Source: Steroidobacteraceae bacterium
GTDB taxonomy: Bacteria; Pseudomonadota; Gammaproteobacteria; Steroidobacterales; Steroidobacteraceae
NCBI GenBank assembly: GCA_035511775.1
Contig: DATKEZ010000116.1
Location: 69 to 64,068 of the forward strand
Direction: 5' to 3'
DNA: 64,000 bases
Shown here: positions 20,357 to 32,271 of the stretch, piece by piece
Layout: each line of letters starts with the position of its first letter
Numbering within the stretch: the stretch's first letter is position 1
Translations under genes and position numbers: made by a program
Notes under the pieces: model-generated
The model's database searches: none
Told to the model about the DNA's origin: nothing
Seen by the model: only the letters and a program-made list of their open reading frames with translations

Positions 20357-20383
20357 GGGGCGCAAACGGCGCCCCGGAGTTTT
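20357..20383 (+). terminator. Possible weak terminator or attenuator hairpin after rseP
   Basis: GGGGCGC (20357-20363) pairs with GCGCCCC (20369-20375) around a 5-nt loop, followed by GGAGTTTT. The U-tract is short and interrupted. Confidence 0.35.
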
Positions 20384-20481
20384 CACACTGGGGGCGTGAG
20401 TCTCCAGTCCTCGAACAGTACAAGGCAAGAGTTTCGGGCGCGTCGCTCGGGCACGCTCAGGGGGATATCGGTGGCTGGAGA

Positions 20482-22920
20482 ATGAAAACACGCAGTGCCC
20501 TGGCCGCCCTGGCGCTGGCGCTGCGCTGCGCGCTGGCGTTCGCGCAAATGGCGGTGAGCCCGGCGGTGAGCCCGACGGACTTCACCGTCGGCGACATCCG
20601 CGTCGAGGGTCTGCAGCGTGTCTCAGAGGGCACGGTCTATAACTACCTGCCGGTAAACATCGGCGATCACCTGAGCGCGCAGCGCGTGCGCGAAGCGATC
20701 CGCGCCCTGTATGCCACCGGCTTCTTCCGCGACGTGCAGCTGCGCCGCGACGGCAGCACGCTCATCGTCGTGGTGCTGGAGCGCCCCTCCATCGAGAGCT
20801 TCGAGATCACCGGTAACAAGGACATCAAGACCGAGGATCTGCAGAAGTCGCTGCGCAACGTCGGGCTCGCGACCGGCAAGACCTTCGACCGCTCGGTGCT
20901 CGAGGACGTTACCCAGTATCTCACCGACCAGTACTTCGCCCGCGGCAAGTACGGCGTGAAGATCGATTCGCATGTGGAGGAGGAGGCGGGTAACCGCGTG
21001 AAGATCAAGATCGAGATCAAGGAAGGCGCACGCGCCAAGATCCGCCAGATCAACATCGTGGGCGCCACCAGGTTTCCGCAGAAAGAGATCCTGCAGACCC
21101 TCGAGCTGAAGACCCCCAACTGGCTGTCATGGTACCGTCAAGACGATCGCTACTCGCGCGAGTCGCTGCAGGGTGACCTGGAGAAGGTGCGCAACTTCTA
21201 CATGGATCGCGGTTACGCGAACTTCCAGCTGGATTCGACCCAGGTGGCGATCGCTCCGGAGAAGGAAGACATCTTCATCACCGTGAACATCGATGAGGGC
21301 CAGGTCTACAAGGTGTCGCAGATCAAGCTGGCGGGCACGTTCGTGGTGCCGCAGCGCGAGCTCGAGCAACTGCTGCTGATACACCCGGGTGCGACCTTCA
21401 ACCGCAAGCTGATCACCTCGTCGCAGGAACTGATGCAGAACCGCATGGGGCGCGACGGCTATGCCTTCGCCAAGGTCGAGCCGGTACCCACCGCCGACAA
21501 CGCCAATCACACGGTGTCGCTCACCTTCTTCGTCGATCCGGGCAACCGCGTGTACGTGCGCAACATCAGCTTTACCGGCGCCAACCGCATCAACGACGAG
21601 GTGCTGCGTCGTGAGATGCGCCAGCTCGAGGGCGGCTGGCTGTCGAATACCTCGCTCGAGCGCTCCAAGCAGCGCATCCAGCGCCTGCCGTACGTCAAGA
21701 GCGTGGATTTCGAGACCACACCGGTAGCGGGATCCCCGGATCTGGTGGACGTGAACTACAAGATCGAGGAGGGCCCGGCATCGCAGCTCTCCGGCGGCAT
21801 CGGTTACTCCGAGACCTACAAGTTCATGCTCAACGGCAGCTACGCGGACGCCGACTTCCTCGGCACCGGCCAGCGCATCGCCGTCAACCTGAACGGCGGC
21901 GCCTTCAGCAAGGTGTACAGCGTTTCGCACACCAACCCGTACACCAATATCGACAACCTGCAGCGCACGATCTCGGTGACCTACAGCGACGTGACGCAGT
22001 TCGTGTCGTCCTCCTCGACCTTCTCCTCGCGCACTCTCAGCCTCGGGCCTACCTGGGCGTACCCGATCGCCGAGACCATGTACATACGCGCCGGCGCCGC
22101 CTTCGACAGCTCGCAGCTGCTCACCAATTCATTGAGCAGCGCGCTGCAGGCGCAGCAGTGGGTGCAGCAGAATGGTCACCCCCATACCCGCCTCGCCCAC
22201 GACGACGCCACCAACAACGAATACGTCTTCTACGGCAGTGACTTCAAGAGCCTCGAGGCCGTGGCCGGCTGGGACTGGGATACGCGCAACCGCACCCTGT
22301 TCGCCGATCGCGGCATGCGCCAGTCGCTGTCTTTCTCGGTCACCACGCCCGGGAGCGATGTCAAGTACTGGATCGGCAACTACCAGTTCCTGAAGTACGT
22401 GCCGCTGTGGCGCACCTGGGCGCTGTCGTTCCTGGACGGCGTGGACTACGGCGCACCGCTGGGCAGCACCACGGCCATCCCTCCCTACCGGCAGTTCTAC
22501 GGCGGCGGCCCGGATTCGGTGCGCGGCTATCGCGAGAGCCGTCTGGGTCCCAAGGACCAGTTCGGCAACCCCTATGGCGGCAATCTGCGCATCGTCAGCC
22601 AGAACGAGCTCATCTTCCCGATGCCCTCGAAATGGGCGCAGACCGCCCGCGTGAGCGCGTTCTACGATATCGGCAACGTGTATCAGACCGGCAGCAAGCT
22701 CAGGTTCTACGGTCCCGACTTCGTTTCTCCGGAGACCTACCGGTTCACCGGCTTCGCCAGCCTCAAGCGCTCGGTAGGCGTCGCGGTGCAGTGGCTGGCA
22801 CCGCTGGGCCTTTTCCGCTTCAGTTTCGGCGTGCCGCTCAACTCCAAGCGCGGCGACGGCCTGACGACCTGGGGGGACGAGACCGAAGGCTTCCAGTTCT
22901 CGGTCGGCAATGCCTTCTGA
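20482..22920 (+). CDS. bamA: Outer-membrane protein assembly factor BamA
   Basis: ATG 20482 follows GGAG. Signal peptide MKTRSALAALALALRCALAFA, five POTRA-like repeats, and a beta-barrel ending ..GFQFSVGNAF. Confidence 0.95.
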   Translation: MKTRSALAALALALRCALAFAQMAVSPAVSPTDFTVGDIRVEGLQRVSEGTVYNYLPVNIGDHLSAQRVREAIRALYATGFFRDVQLRRDGSTLIVVVLERPSIESFEITGNKDIKTEDLQKSLRNVGLATGKTFDRSVLEDVTQYLTDQYFARGKYGVKIDSHVEEEAGNRVKIKIEIKEGARAKIRQINIVGATRFPQKEILQTLELKTPNWLSWYRQDDRYSRESLQGDLEKVRNFYMDRGYANFQLDSTQVAIAPEKEDIFITVNIDEGQVYKVSQIKLAGTFVVPQRELEQLLLIHPGATFNRKLITSSQELMQNRMGRDGYAFAKVEPVPTADNANHTVSLTFFVDPGNRVYVRNISFTGANRINDEVLRREMRQLEGGWLSNTSLERSKQRIQRLPYVKSVDFETTPVAGSPDLVDVNYKIEEGPASQLSGGIGYSETYKFMLNGSYADADFLGTGQRIAVNLNGGAFSKVYSVSHTNPYTNIDNLQRTISVTYSDVTQFVSSSSTFSSRTLSLGPTWAYPIAETMYIRAGAAFDSSQLLTNSLSSALQAQQWVQQNGHPHTRLAHDDATNNEYVFYGSDFKSLEAVAGWDWDTRNRTLFADRGMRQSLSFSVTTPGSDVKYWIGNYQFLKYVPLWRTWALSFLDGVDYGAPLGSTTAIPPYRQFYGGGPDSVRGYRESRLGPKDQFGNPYGGNLRIVSQNELIFPMPSKWAQTARVSAFYDIGNVYQTGSKLRFYGPDFVSPETYRFTGFASLKRSVGVAVQWLAPLGLFRFSFGVPLNSKRGDGLTTWGDETEGFQFSVGNAF

Positions 22921-23027
22921 AACAATCGAGCCGCCGGGGCGGGTTCTACGCGATACTACGCGTTTAGGCCGGCGGGCCTCGGGCCCGAAGCGGATCACAA
23001 GACAATTGCTTACGAGGTAGAAGTTCC

Positions 23028-23612
23028 GTGAAGCGTCTGATCAGCAGCAAGTTGGCGGTGGGGTTCATGGCGGCATGCGGGGCGCTGGCTGCGTTGCCGG
23101 CCTGGGCCGAGCCCAAGATGGGGGTCGTCGACCCGCAGCGGCTGCTCGAGGAATCCCCGCAGGGCAAGGCGATGCTCGATGCCATGCGCACCGAGTTCGC
23201 GCCGCGCGAGCGCACCCTGCAGGCGCAGCAGCAGGCCCTGAAGGCCAAGCAGGACAAGCTGCAGAAAGACGGCGCTACCATGACGGACGAACAGCGTACG
23301 CGCGCCGAGAAGGAACTGCGCGACGGCGCGCGGGATTTCGAGCGCGCGCGCAGCGAGTTCCAGGACGATATCAGCGCGCGCCGCAACGAGGAGATGTCGC
23401 GGCTGCAGAAAACCCTCGGCGACGAGGTGCGCAGTTACGCCAAGGCGCAGAGCTTCGACATCGTGCTGAGCACCGAAGGGGTGGTGTATGCGGCACCCGC
23501 CTACGACGTCACGCCGGCGATCCTGACGGCGCTGCAGGCGCGCAATGCGGCCTCCCCGACGGCGCTTCCGGCGGCCAAGCCGGCGCCGCCCGCCAAGCCG
23601 CAGCCGAAATAG
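23028..23612 (+). CDS. skp: Periplasmic chaperone Skp (OmpH family)
   Basis: 194 aa with a signal peptide and a long charged coiled coil (..QQQALKAKQDKLQKDGATMTDEQRTRAEKELRD..). Canonical position between bamA and lpxD. Confidence 0.88.
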   Translation: MKRLISSKLAVGFMAACGALAALPAWAEPKMGVVDPQRLLEESPQGKAMLDAMRTEFAPRERTLQAQQQALKAKQDKLQKDGATMTDEQRTRAEKELRDGARDFERARSEFQDDISARRNEEMSRLQKTLGDEVRSYAKAQSFDIVLSTEGVVYAAPAYDVTPAILTALQARNAASPTALPAAKPAPPAKPQPK

Positions 23613-23656
23613 CGCTCCTGGCGCGAGCGCGGCCGGCGGTATTTCGAAGACTCGCC

Positions 23657-24700
23657 ATGTCGGTATCGCTCGGGGAGCTTGCGGTGCGATTCGGCTGCGA
23701 GCTGCGCGGCGATCCGGACGCGCGCGTCGAGCGGGTCGCGGCGCTCGCCAAGGCCGACGAGCGCTCCATCGCGTTCCTGGCCAACCCGCGCTACCGCGCG
23801 CAACTCGCCGCCACGCGCGCCGGCGCGGTGGTGCTGAACCCTGCGAGCGCTGCCGAGTGTCCCACGGCGGTGCTGTCGTGCGAGAACCCGTACGCGACCT
23901 TTGCGCGCATCGCCACCATCCTGCACCCCTTACCGCAGCTCGAGCCCGGTGTGCATCCGAGCGCGGTGGTGGCGGCGAGCGCGCGCATCGATCCGAGCGC
24001 TCAGGTCGGTGCCTACACGGTCATCGGGCCCAACGTCGTGGTGGGGGCGCGCGCCTTCATCGGTCCGCATTGCAACCTCGAGGAGGGCGCGCAGCTCGCC
24101 GACGACGTGCGTCTGGTGGCGCGCGTGACGCTGTGCCGCGCGGTGCAGATCGGTGCACGCAGCGTGCTGCAGCCCGGGGTGGTGATCGGCGGCGACGGCT
24201 TCGGCTTCGCGCCCGAGCGCGGCACCTGGCTGAAGGTGCCGCAGCTGGGCGCGGTGCGCGTTGGAGCGGACGTCGAGATCGGTGCCAACACCACCATCGA
24301 CCGCGGCGCCATCGACGATACCGTGATCGAGGAAGGGGTGAAGCTCGACAACCTCGTCCAGATCGGGCACAACGTGCACATCGGCGCCCACAGTGCGCTC
24401 GCCGCCTGCATCGGCGTGGCCGGCAGCACCACCATCGGCAAGCGCTGCATGATCGGCGGTCACTCCGGATTCGCCGGCCACCTCACCATCGCCGACGACG
24501 TGGTCATCACCGGCTATTCGGCGGTCACCCACTCGATCGCGAGATCGGGCGTATATTCCGGCACCTTGCCGTTCGAAGAAGCACACGCCTGGCGCCGGCT
24601 GGTCGCGCGCTTCAAGCGCAGCGGGTTGCTCGAGACCCGCGTGCGCGCTGTGGAGCGTGCCACGGGGCTGAAGTCCGGGCAGGAAGAGGATCATGACTGA
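23657..24700 (+). CDS. lpxD: UDP-3-O-acylglucosamine N-acyltransferase
   Basis: ATG 23657. [19 protein letters not shown]..., left-handed beta-helix hexapeptide repeats and a C-terminal helix. Confidence 0.93.
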   Translation: MSVSLGELAVRFGCELRGDPDARVERVAALAKADERSIAFLANPRYRAQLAATRAGAVVLNPASAAECPTAVLSCENPYATFARIATILHPLPQLEPGVHPSAVVAASARIDPSAQVGAYTVIGPNVVVGARAFIGPHCNLEEGAQLADDVRLVARVTLCRAVQIGARSVLQPGVVIGGDGFGFAPERGTWLKVPQLGAVRVGADVEIGANTTIDRGAIDDTVIEEGVKLDNLVQIGHNVHIGAHSALAACIGVAGSTTIGKRCMIGGHSGFAGHLTIADDVVITGYSAVTHSIARSGVYSGTLPFEEAHAWRRLVARFKRSGLLETRVRAVERATGLKSGQEEDHD

Positions 24701-25148
24701 GCCGCTGCAACTCGACATGCAGGCCATCCTGGAGCGCCTGCCGCACCGTTACCCGTTTCTGCTCATCGACCGGGTGCTCGAGTGCCGCCCCGGGCACAGC
24801 ATCCGCGCGCTGAAGAACGTGACCTACAACGAGCCGTACTTCCCCGGCCACTTTCCCGGGCGTCCGGTCATGCCGGGCGTGATCATCATCGAAGCGATGG
24901 CGCAGGCGGCGGGCGTACTGTGCTTCGTCACCGCCAACGTGATTCCCGATGCCAAGACGCGCTTTTTCTTCGTCGGCATCGACAAGGCGCGCTTTCGCAA
25001 GCCGGTCGTGCCCGGGGACCAGCTGGTGCTCACCGCGCAGCTGCAGCGCACCCTCAAGGGGATCTGGCGATACTCGACCGCAGCCTCGGTCGGCGAGCAC
25101 GAGGTGGCGCACGCCGAGATGATGGTGGCACCGGAGGCCTCCAGGTGA
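24693..25148 (+). CDS. fabZ: 3-hydroxyacyl-ACP dehydratase FabZ
   Basis: 151 aa with [13 protein letters not shown] and [22 protein letters not shown] motifs. Confidence 0.95.
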   Translation: MTEPLQLDMQAILERLPHRYPFLLIDRVLECRPGHSIRALKNVTYNEPYFPGHFPGRPVMPGVIIIEAMAQAAGVLCFVTANVIPDAKTRFFFVGIDKARFRKPVVPGDQLVLTAQLQRTLKGIWRYSTAASVGEHEVAHAEMMVAPEASR

Positions 25149-25915
25149 TCGATGCGCGCGCGATCGTCTCGGCCGAGGCCGAGCTCGCGGCCAACGTCTG
25201 TATCGGGCCGTTCAGCATCATCGGTCCGCAGGTACGGATCGGCCCGCGCACGGTGGTCGCACCGCACGTGGTGATCAACGGGCCGACCACCATCGGCGCC
25301 GACAACCGCTTCTTCCAGTTCGCATCGATCGGCGATGCGCCGCAGGACAAGAAATACCAGGGTGAGCCGACGCGCCTTACGATCGGCGACCGCAATGTGT
25401 TTCGCGAGAGCTGCACCGTGAACCGCGGCACCACCCACGACAAGGGCGTGACGCTCATCGGCAGCGACAACCTCTTCATGGCGTACGCGCACGTCGCGCA
25501 CGACTGCGTGGTGGGCAACAACACCGTGTTCGCCAACTGCGCCGCGCTCGGCGGCCACGTCGAGATCGGCGACTGGGTGATCCTCGGCGGACTCACCGCC
25601 GTGCATCAGTTCACCAAGATCGGTGCGCATGCGTTTCTCGCCGGCGGCGCCATCGTGACGCGCGACGTGCCGCCGTACGTGATGGTCGCGGGCAATCCCG
25701 CCGCTCCCCACGCGGTGAACTCGGAGGGGCTGAGGCGCCGCGGCTTCACCGAGGAGCAGATCCGCAACATCCGCGACGCCTACCGCATCGTGTACCGCTC
25801 GGATCTGAAGCTCGCCGAGGCACTCGCGCGCCTCGCGCCGCAGACCGACGGGCGCCCCGAGATCCGCGCGTTCGTCGACTTCATCCACGCCTCCACGCGC
25901 AGCCTGGCGCGATGA
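25145..25915 (+). CDS. lpxA: Acyl-ACP--UDP-N-acetylglucosamine O-acyltransferase
   Basis: (V)[27 protein letters not shown]..., with hexapeptide repeats. GTG 25145 overlaps the fabZ TGA (GTGA). Confidence 0.93.
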   Translation: MIDARAIVSAEAELAANVCIGPFSIIGPQVRIGPRTVVAPHVVINGPTTIGADNRFFQFASIGDAPQDKKYQGEPTRLTIGDRNVFRESCTVNRGTTHDKGVTLIGSDNLFMAYAHVAHDCVVGNNTVFANCAALGGHVEIGDWVILGGLTAVHQFTKIGAHAFLAGGAIVTRDVPPYVMVAGNPAAPHAVNSEGLRRRGFTEEQIRNIRDAYRIVYRSDLKLAEALARLAPQTDGRPEIRAFVDFIHASTRSLAR

Positions 25916-27123
25916 GCGCGCCGGGGGCGCGCGCCGCCGCGACGCAGGGGCTGCGCATCGGCATCGTCGCGGGCGAGCATTCGGGGGATCAGCTGGGTGC
26001 GGCACTGATCACGGCGCTGCGCGAGCGCGTGCCCGACTTGAGCTGCTTCGGAGTCGCGGGACCGAAGATGATCGCCGCCGGCTGCGAGGCCTGGTGGGGG
26101 GCCGAGGAGCTCGCGGTCATGGGACTCACCGAGGTGCTGCGGCACCTGCCGCGCCTGCTGCGCCTGCGCGCCGCGCTGGTCAGGCGCTTGCGCGCCGCCC
26201 GCCCGCATATCTTCATCGGCGTCGACGCACCGGAGTTCAATCTGCGGCTCGCGCGCACGCTCCGGGGCGCGGGCATGCGCACCGTGCAGTACGTCAGCCC
26301 CCAGGTGTGGGCGTGGCGGCAGGGGCGGGTGCGCACCATCGGCGCCGCCTGCGACCTGGTGCTGTGTCTGCTGCCGTTCGAGGCAAAGTTCTACGCGCAG
26401 CACGGGGTGCGGGCGGTGTTCGTCGGGCATCCGCTGGCGGATCAGATTCCGCTCGCCGTCGATCGCGAGGCAGCGCGACGCGCGCTGGAGATCCGCGGTG
26501 ACGGCCCGCTGGTGGCGCTGCTGCCGGGGAGCCGCCTGGCCGAGGTCACGCGGCTCGCGGCGCCCTTCGCCGCGGCCGCCGCCCACATCGGCGCGCGGCG
26601 CCCCGGCTATCGCTTCATCGCGCCCATGGCGTCCCCCGAGGTGCGTGAGGTCTTTGAGAGGGAAATCGCGCAACTACCCGATGCGCCTGCGATTCGTGTG
26701 CTCGACGGACAGGCGCAGCCGACGCTCGCAGCCTGCGATGCGGCCATCGTCGCCTCCGGAACCGCGACCCTGGAGACGCTGCTCAGCGCGCGGCCGATGG
26801 TGGTCGCGTATCGAGTGAGCCCCGTCACCGCCTTCCTGCTGCGGACCATGGGGCTGGTGAAGGTGCGATACTTTTCGCAACCGAACCTGCTCGCCGGCCG
26901 GCACCTGGTGCCGGAGTTCTTTCAGGAGCAGGTGAGCGGCGCGGCGCTCGGCGAGGCGCTGCTGCAGGAACTCGAGGATCCCGGGCACGTGCGTGAGCTG
27001 CTGGAAGAATTCGCCTCGGTGCATCGCACGCTGCGCCGTGGCGGCGCCGCGCGGGCGGCGGAGGCGGTTCTCACGTGCGCCGGGCGCGTGAGCGGCGCGG
27101 GCGGCGGGCATGCCGCGCTCTGA
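25912..27123 (+). CDS. lpxB: Lipid-A-disaccharide synthase
   Basis: 403 aa. Contains [19 protein letters not shown] and [13 protein letters not shown] motifs. Its ATG overlaps the lpxA TGA (ATGA). Confidence 0.93.
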   Translation: MSAPGARAAATQGLRIGIVAGEHSGDQLGAALITALRERVPDLSCFGVAGPKMIAAGCEAWWGAEELAVMGLTEVLRHLPRLLRLRAALVRRLRAARPHIFIGVDAPEFNLRLARTLRGAGMRTVQYVSPQVWAWRQGRVRTIGAACDLVLCLLPFEAKFYAQHGVRAVFVGHPLADQIPLAVDREAARRALEIRGDGPLVALLPGSRLAEVTRLAAPFAAAAAHIGARRPGYRFIAPMASPEVREVFEREIAQLPDAPAIRVLDGQAQPTLAACDAAIVASGTATLETLLSARPMVVAYRVSPVTAFLLRTMGLVKVRYFSQPNLLAGRHLVPEFFQEQVSGAALGEALLQELEDPGHVRELLEEFASVHRTLRRGGAARAAEAVLTCAGRVSGAGGGHAAL

Positions 27124-27754
27124 GGGCACGGCACGGAAATGCCACGACCTGACGCGCGTGGCCGGCGTCGATGAGGCCGGCCGCGGGCCGCTCGCCGGAC
27201 CGGTGGTGGCGGCGGCGGTGATCCTGCATCCGCGGCGGCGCATACGGGGACTCGCGGACTCGAAGGTCCTCTCGCCCGAGGAGCGCGCGCGGCTCGCGCC
27301 CATCATCCGTGCCCGCGCCCTGGCGTGGGCGATCGGCTGGGCCGATCGCGACGAGATCGACTGCCTGAACATACTGGAGGCAACGCTGCTCGCCATGCGG
27401 CGCGCGCTGCTCGCGCTGCCGGTGTGCCCGACCCACGTGCGCATCGACGGCAACCGCTGTCCGTGCATCTCCGACCTGCCGCTCGCGTGCACGCTCGAGG
27501 CCATCGTGGCGGGAGATGCGCGGGTGGCGGCCATCAGCGCGGCTTCGATCCTGGCGAAGGTCTACCGCGATCGGATGATGGAAGCGCTCGATGCGTGCTA
27601 TCCGGGTTTCGAGCTCGCGGCGCACAAAGGCTACGGCACCCCCGCCCACCTGAGCGCCCTGCAGCTTCGCGCACCCTCGCGCCTGCACCGCCGCTCGTTC
27701 AGTCCGCTGCGCCGGGACGAGGATCCCTTGACAGACTGCGGGCTCGAGCCTTAA
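27110..27754 (+). CDS. rnhB: Ribonuclease HII
   Basis: Contains [23 protein letters not shown] and DSKVLS motifs. Overlaps the lpxB 3' end by 14 nt. Confidence 0.93.
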   Translation: MPRSEGTARKCHDLTRVAGVDEAGRGPLAGPVVAAAVILHPRRRIRGLADSKVLSPEERARLAPIIRARALAWAIGWADRDEIDCLNILEATLLAMRRALLALPVCPTHVRIDGNRCPCISDLPLACTLEAIVAGDARVAAISAASILAKVYRDRMMEALDACYPGFELAAHKGYGTPAHLSALQLRAPSRLHRRSFSPLRRDEDPLTDCGLEP

Positions 27755-27763
27755 TTCGCGCCG

Positions 27764-30700
27764 ATGCCACACGGTTTCGTTCATCTGCGGCTGCACACCG
27801 AGTACTCCCTCAGCGACAGCGTGGTGCGGGTGCCGGAGCTCATCGCGGCGGTGGCCGCCGCGGGCATGCCGGCCGTCGCGGTGACCGACCAGGGGAATCT
27901 CTTCGCGATGGTGAAGTTCTATCGCGAGGCGCTCAAGGCGGGCGTCAAGCCCCTCGTCGGGGTGGACCTGCAGGTGCGCGAGGAGGGCGAGCGGCAGCCA
28001 CCGACGCGCCTCACGCTCCTGTGCCAGTCGCCGGGGGGCTACCGGAACCTCGCACGCCTTGTGAGCCGTGCGTACCTCGAGGGGCAGCAGCGCGGCACGC
28101 CGTGCATCGAGCGCGGCTGGCTGTCGCCGGCCGAGCTCGAGGGCCTGATCGGCCTGTCCTGCGCCACCGAGGGCGACATCGGCCGCGCGCTGGCGAATGC
28201 CCGCGAGCGCGACGCCGAGCGCTTGCTCGCCGCGTGGCTCGGCTTGTTTCCCGGGCGCTTTTACCTGGAGCTGCAGCGCCTCGGCCGACCGTTCGAGGAA
28301 ACCTACATTGCCGGCGCGCTCGCGCTCGCCGCCCGCAGCGGCGCGCCGGTAGTGGCGACCAACGACGTGCGGTTCCTCAAGCCCGAACAGTTCGAATCGC
28401 ACGAGGCGCGCGTCTGCATTCACGACGGCACGCTGCTGGCGGACTCCGGCCGTGTGCGCCGCTACTCGCGCCAGCAGTACCTGCGCACGCCACAGGAGAT
28501 GGCGGCGCTGTTCGCCGACGTGCCGGAGGCACTGGCCAACAGCGTGGAGATCGCGCGCCGCTGCAGTTTGACGCTGACGCTCGGGGAGGTGCGCCTGCCG
28601 CAATATCCGCTGCCGGCGGGCGTGAGCACCGAGGAGTTCCTGCGCGCCGAAGCCGCGCGCGGACTCAGCGCCCGCTTCAGCGCGGCGGTGAGCGCGCCGC
28701 CGGCTTACCGCGAGCGCCTGGAGCGCGAGCTGCAGGTCATCTGTCAGATGGGCTTCGCGGGCTACTTTCTCATCGTCGCCGATTTCATCGGCTGGGCGCG
28801 CGAACACGGCGTGCCGGTGGGACCGGGGCGCGGCTCGGGGGCGGGCTCACTGGTGGCCTACAGCCTGAGGATCACCGACCTCGATCCGCTCAAGTACGAC
28901 CTGCTGTTCGAGCGCTTCCTGAATCCCGAGCGTGTCTCGATGCCCGATTTCGACATCGACTTCTGCATGGACGGCCGCGACAGGGTCATCGATTACGTAG
29001 CGGGCAAGTACGGGCGCGACCGCGTGTCGCAGATCATCACCTACGGCACCATGGCCGCGAAGGCCGTGGTGCGCGACGTCGGCCGCGTGCTCGGCATGCC
29101 CTACGGCTACGTTGACCGCATCGCCAAGCTCATTCCCTTCGAGCTCGGCATCACGCTCGATGGCGCGCTGGAGAAGGAGCCGGAGCTCAAGCGCCTGTAC
29201 CAGAGCGAGGACGAGGTGCGCAACCTCATCGACCTGGCGCGCTCGCTCGAAGGTCTGACGCGCAACGCCGGCATGCACGCCGGCGGCGTGGTGATCGCTC
29301 CCTCGGTGCTCACCGACTTCGCGCCGCTGTACCGCGATGCGTCCGGGGGCAACATCGTCACCCAGTTCGACAAGGACGACGTCGAGGCTGCGGGACTGGT
29401 GAAGTTCGACTTCCTCGGACTGCGCACGCTCACCATCATCGAGCGCGCCGCGGCGCTCATCAACGGCGCGCGGCCGTCCCAGGCGCCAGCGCTCACGGTG
29501 AGCACGCTGCCGATGGATGACGCGCCGACTTACGCGTTGCTCAAGTCCTGCCGCACCACTGCCGTCTTCCAGCTCGAGTCGCGCGGCATGAAGGATCTCA
29601 TCCGCCGGCTGCAACCGGATTGCTTCGAGGACATCGTGGCGCTGGTGGCTCTGTTCCGGCCCGGCCCGCTGCAGTCCGGCATGGTGGATGATTTCATCAA
29701 CCGCAAGCACGGCAGGAGCGATGGCCCGATCGACTACCTGCATCCGAGCCTCGAGTCGATCCTCAAGCCCACCTACGGGGTGATCCTCTACCAGGAGCAG
29801 GTGATGCAGATCGCGCAGGTGCTGGCGGGCTATACGCTCGGCGGCGCCGACCTGCTGCGGCGCGCGATGGGCAAGAAGAGCCCCGAAGAGATGGCGCAGC
29901 AGCGCTCGGTGTTCGTCAGCGGTGCGGTGGCGCGCGGGGTGCGTGAGCAGGTCGCGGTGCACATTTTCGACCTGATGGAGAAGTTCGCCGGCTATGGTTT
30001 CAACAAGTCGCATTCCGCCGCCTACGCGCTGCTCGCCTACCAGACGGCGTACCTGAAGGCGCACTACCCGGCGGCTTTCATGGCGGCGGTGCTGTCGGCC
30101 GACATGGATCACACCGACAAGGTAGTGACTCTCATCAAGGAATGCACCGATCTGGGGCTCGCGGTGCTGCCGCCGGATGTCAACGCCTCCGGCTACGAGT
30201 TCGCCGCCTGCGGCGAGCGCAGCATCCGTTATGGGCTGGGCGCGGTGCGCGGCGTGGGTGAGGGAGCGGCCGAGGCGCTGATCGCGGAGCGCAGCGCGCG
30301 CGGCGCGTACTCGGGTCTCGATGATCTGTGCCGGCGCCTCGACCTGCAGAAGGTCAACCGGCGCGTGCTCGAAGCGCTGTTGCGCGCCGGGAGCCTGGAC
30401 GGCCTGGGCGAGAACCGCGCGACGCTCATGGACCGCTTGAGCAGCGCCATGCATCTCGGCGACCAGAACACCCGCGCCCACGCGGCGGGGCAGAACGATC
30501 TGTTCGGACTCGCGAGCGGGGAGCGTGCCAGCGCCGCGCCGCTGCGCGGCAGCCCGCCGTTGCCGGAGTGGAGTGAGGCGGTGCGCCTGGCGGGGGAGCG
30601 CGAGACACTCGGCCTGTATCTCACCGGCCATCCGCTCGCGCGCTTCGAGTCGAGTCTGGCGCGCTTCGTGTCCCACCGCATCGGCGATCTGGTCAGTGAC

Positions 30701-31279
30701 CGGCCGGTCGCCGGGCTGGAGAGCGGGCGCTTCGGCGCCGGCAAGCCGGTCACCGTGGCGGGACTCATCGACGAGGTGAAGAAACGCGGGCCGCGCGTGA
30801 TCCTGACACTCGATGACCGCACCGGGCGCCTCGAGGCCATGCTGTTCGAGGAGAGCTGGCAGAAGCACCGCGATCTGATCGCCAAGGACGCGCTGGTGTT
30901 GGTCGAGGGTGTGTTGCGTTTCGATGAGTTCAGTGACGCCTGGCGGCTGTCCGCGCGGCGCATCAGCGAGCTCGAAGAGGTGCTCGCGCGGTGTGCGCAG
31001 CGCCTGGTGATCCGCTGCACACACGCCGACGCTCCCGCGCTGTCCGAGCGGCTGGCCGCAACGCTCGCGCCCTGGCGTCCGGGGCCGTGCCCGGTCACCA
31101 TCGAATACACCGGCCGTGATGCCTGCGGCGCGCTCACGCTCGGAGACGAGTGGACGGTGCGCGCCAGCCGCGAGCTGCTCGAGCAGCTCGAAGGCCTGCT
31201 GGGACACGGCGCGCTGCAGGTGTTTTACGGGCCGCCGTCGGCGAGCCCGGGCCCGTCATTCTCCGCCGACGGCCGCTGA
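27764..31279 (+). CDS. dnaE: DNA polymerase III alpha subunit
   Basis: 1171 aa with an N-terminal PHP domain ([12 protein letters not shown]), a polymerase core and an OB fold. Confidence 0.97.
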   Translation: MPHGFVHLRLHTEYSLSDSVVRVPELIAAVAAAGMPAVAVTDQGNLFAMVKFYREALKAGVKPLVGVDLQVREEGERQPPTRLTLLCQSPGGYRNLARLVSRAYLEGQQRGTPCIERGWLSPAELEGLIGLSCATEGDIGRALANARERDAERLLAAWLGLFPGRFYLELQRLGRPFEETYIAGALALAARSGAPVVATNDVRFLKPEQFESHEARVCIHDGTLLADSGRVRRYSRQQYLRTPQEMAALFADVPEALANSVEIARRCSLTLTLGEVRLPQYPLPAGVSTEEFLRAEAARGLSARFSAAVSAPPAYRERLERELQVICQMGFAGYFLIVADFIGWAREHGVPVGPGRGSGAGSLVAYSLRITDLDPLKYDLLFERFLNPERVSMPDFDIDFCMDGRDRVIDYVAGKYGRDRVSQIITYGTMAAKAVVRDVGRVLGMPYGYVDRIAKLIPFELGITLDGALEKEPELKRLYQSEDEVRNLIDLARSLEGLTRNAGMHAGGVVIAPSVLTDFAPLYRDASGGNIVTQFDKDDVEAAGLVKFDFLGLRTLTIIERAAALINGARPSQAPALTVSTLPMDDAPTYALLKSCRTTAVFQLESRGMKDLIRRLQPDCFEDIVALVALFRPGPLQSGMVDDFINRKHGRSDGPIDYLHPSLESILKPTYGVILYQEQVMQIAQVLAGYTLGGADLLRRAMGKKSPEEMAQQRSVFVSGAVARGVREQVAVHIFDLMEKFAGYGFNKSHSAAYALLAYQTAYLKAHYPAAFMAAVLSADMDHTDKVVTLIKECTDLGLAVLPPDVNASGYEFAACGERSIRYGLGAVRGVGEGAAEALIAERSARGAYSGLDDLCRRLDLQKVNRRVLEALLRAGSLDGLGENRATLMDRLSSAMHLGDQNTRAHAAGQNDLFGLASGERASAAPLRGSPPLPEWSEAVRLAGERETLGLYLTGHPLARFESSLARFVSHRIGDLVSDRPVAGLESGRFGAGKPVTVAGLIDEVKKRGPRVILTLDDRTGRLEAMLFEESWQKHRDLIAKDALVLVEGVLRFDEFSDAWRLSARRISELEEVLARCAQRLVIRCTHADAPALSERLAATLAPWRPGPCPVTIEYTGRDACGALTLGDEWTVRASRELLEQLEGLLGHGALQVFYGPPSASPGPSFSADGR

Positions 31280-31298
31280 GTTAGGATACCCTGCACGC

Positions 31299-32267
31299 AT
31301 GGCCGTCTCGTTCCTGGACTTTGAACAACCGATCGCCGAGCTCGAAGCGAAGATCGAGGAGCTCAGGCACGTCACTTCGGAAAACAGCGAAGTCAACATC
31401 CAGGACGAGATCGGCCGGTTGCAGGCCAAGAGCCGGCAGCTCACGATGAGCATCTTCGCCAGTCTCACGCCCTGGCAGATCACCCAGCTCGCGCGCCACC
31501 CGCACCGGCCCTACACGCTCGATTACGTCAACGCCATCTGCCGCGAGTTCAACGAGCTACACGGAGACCGCATGTACGCGGACGACGGCGCCATCGTCGG
31601 CGGGCTGGCGCGCATCGACGAGCGCACGCTCATGATCATCGGCCATCAGAAGGGCCGTGACACCAAGGAGCGCGTGCGCCGCAACTACGGCATGCCCAAG
31701 CCCGAAGGCTATCGCAAGGCGCTGCGGCTGATGCGTCTCGCCGAACGCTTCGCCCTGCCGCTGGTGACGCTGATCGATACCCAGGGCGCATATCCGGGCG
31801 TCGGCGCCGAAGAGCGTGGCCAGAGCGAAGCCATTGCCCGTAACCTCTTCGAGATGTCGGTGCTGCGCATTCCGATCGTGACCGCGGTTACCGGCGAGGG
31901 CGGATCGGGCGGTGCGCTCGGCATCGGCGTGTGCGACCGCCTGCTGATGCTCCAGTACAGCACCTACTCGGTCATCTCACCCGAGGGCTGCGCTTCCATC
32001 CTGTGGAAGAGCCAGGACAAGAAGGAAGTGGCGGCCGAGGCACTCAATCTCACCGCCGACCGGCTGCTGAAGCTCGGGCTGGTGGATGAGGTCATCGAGG
32101 AGCCCCTCGGGGGTGCGCATCGCGATCCGTCCGCAAGCGCCGCGAGCCTCAAGGCTGCGCTGGTCCGTCATCTGGACGAGCTCGACGCCGTGCCGCGCGA
32201 TCAGCTGCGCGCGGAGCGCGCTGCCAAGATCGCCGGTTTCGGCGTGTTTGCCGAAACCGCGGCCTAA
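31299..32267 (+). CDS. accA: Acetyl-CoA carboxylase carboxyltransferase alpha subunit
   Basis: ATG 31299. [23 protein letters not shown] is the canonical AccA start. Confidence 0.95.
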   Translation: MAVSFLDFEQPIAELEAKIEELRHVTSENSEVNIQDEIGRLQAKSRQLTMSIFASLTPWQITQLARHPHRPYTLDYVNAICREFNELHGDRMYADDGAIVGGLARIDERTLMIIGHQKGRDTKERVRRNYGMPKPEGYRKALRLMRLAERFALPLVTLIDTQGAYPGVGAEERGQSEAIARNLFEMSVLRIPIVTAVTGEGGSGGALGIGVCDRLLMLQYSTYSVISPEGCASILWKSQDKKEVAAEALNLTADRLLKLGLVDEVIEEPLGGAHRDPSASAASLKAALVRHLDELDAVPRDQLRAERAAKIAGFGVFAETAA

Positions 32268-32271
32268 GGCC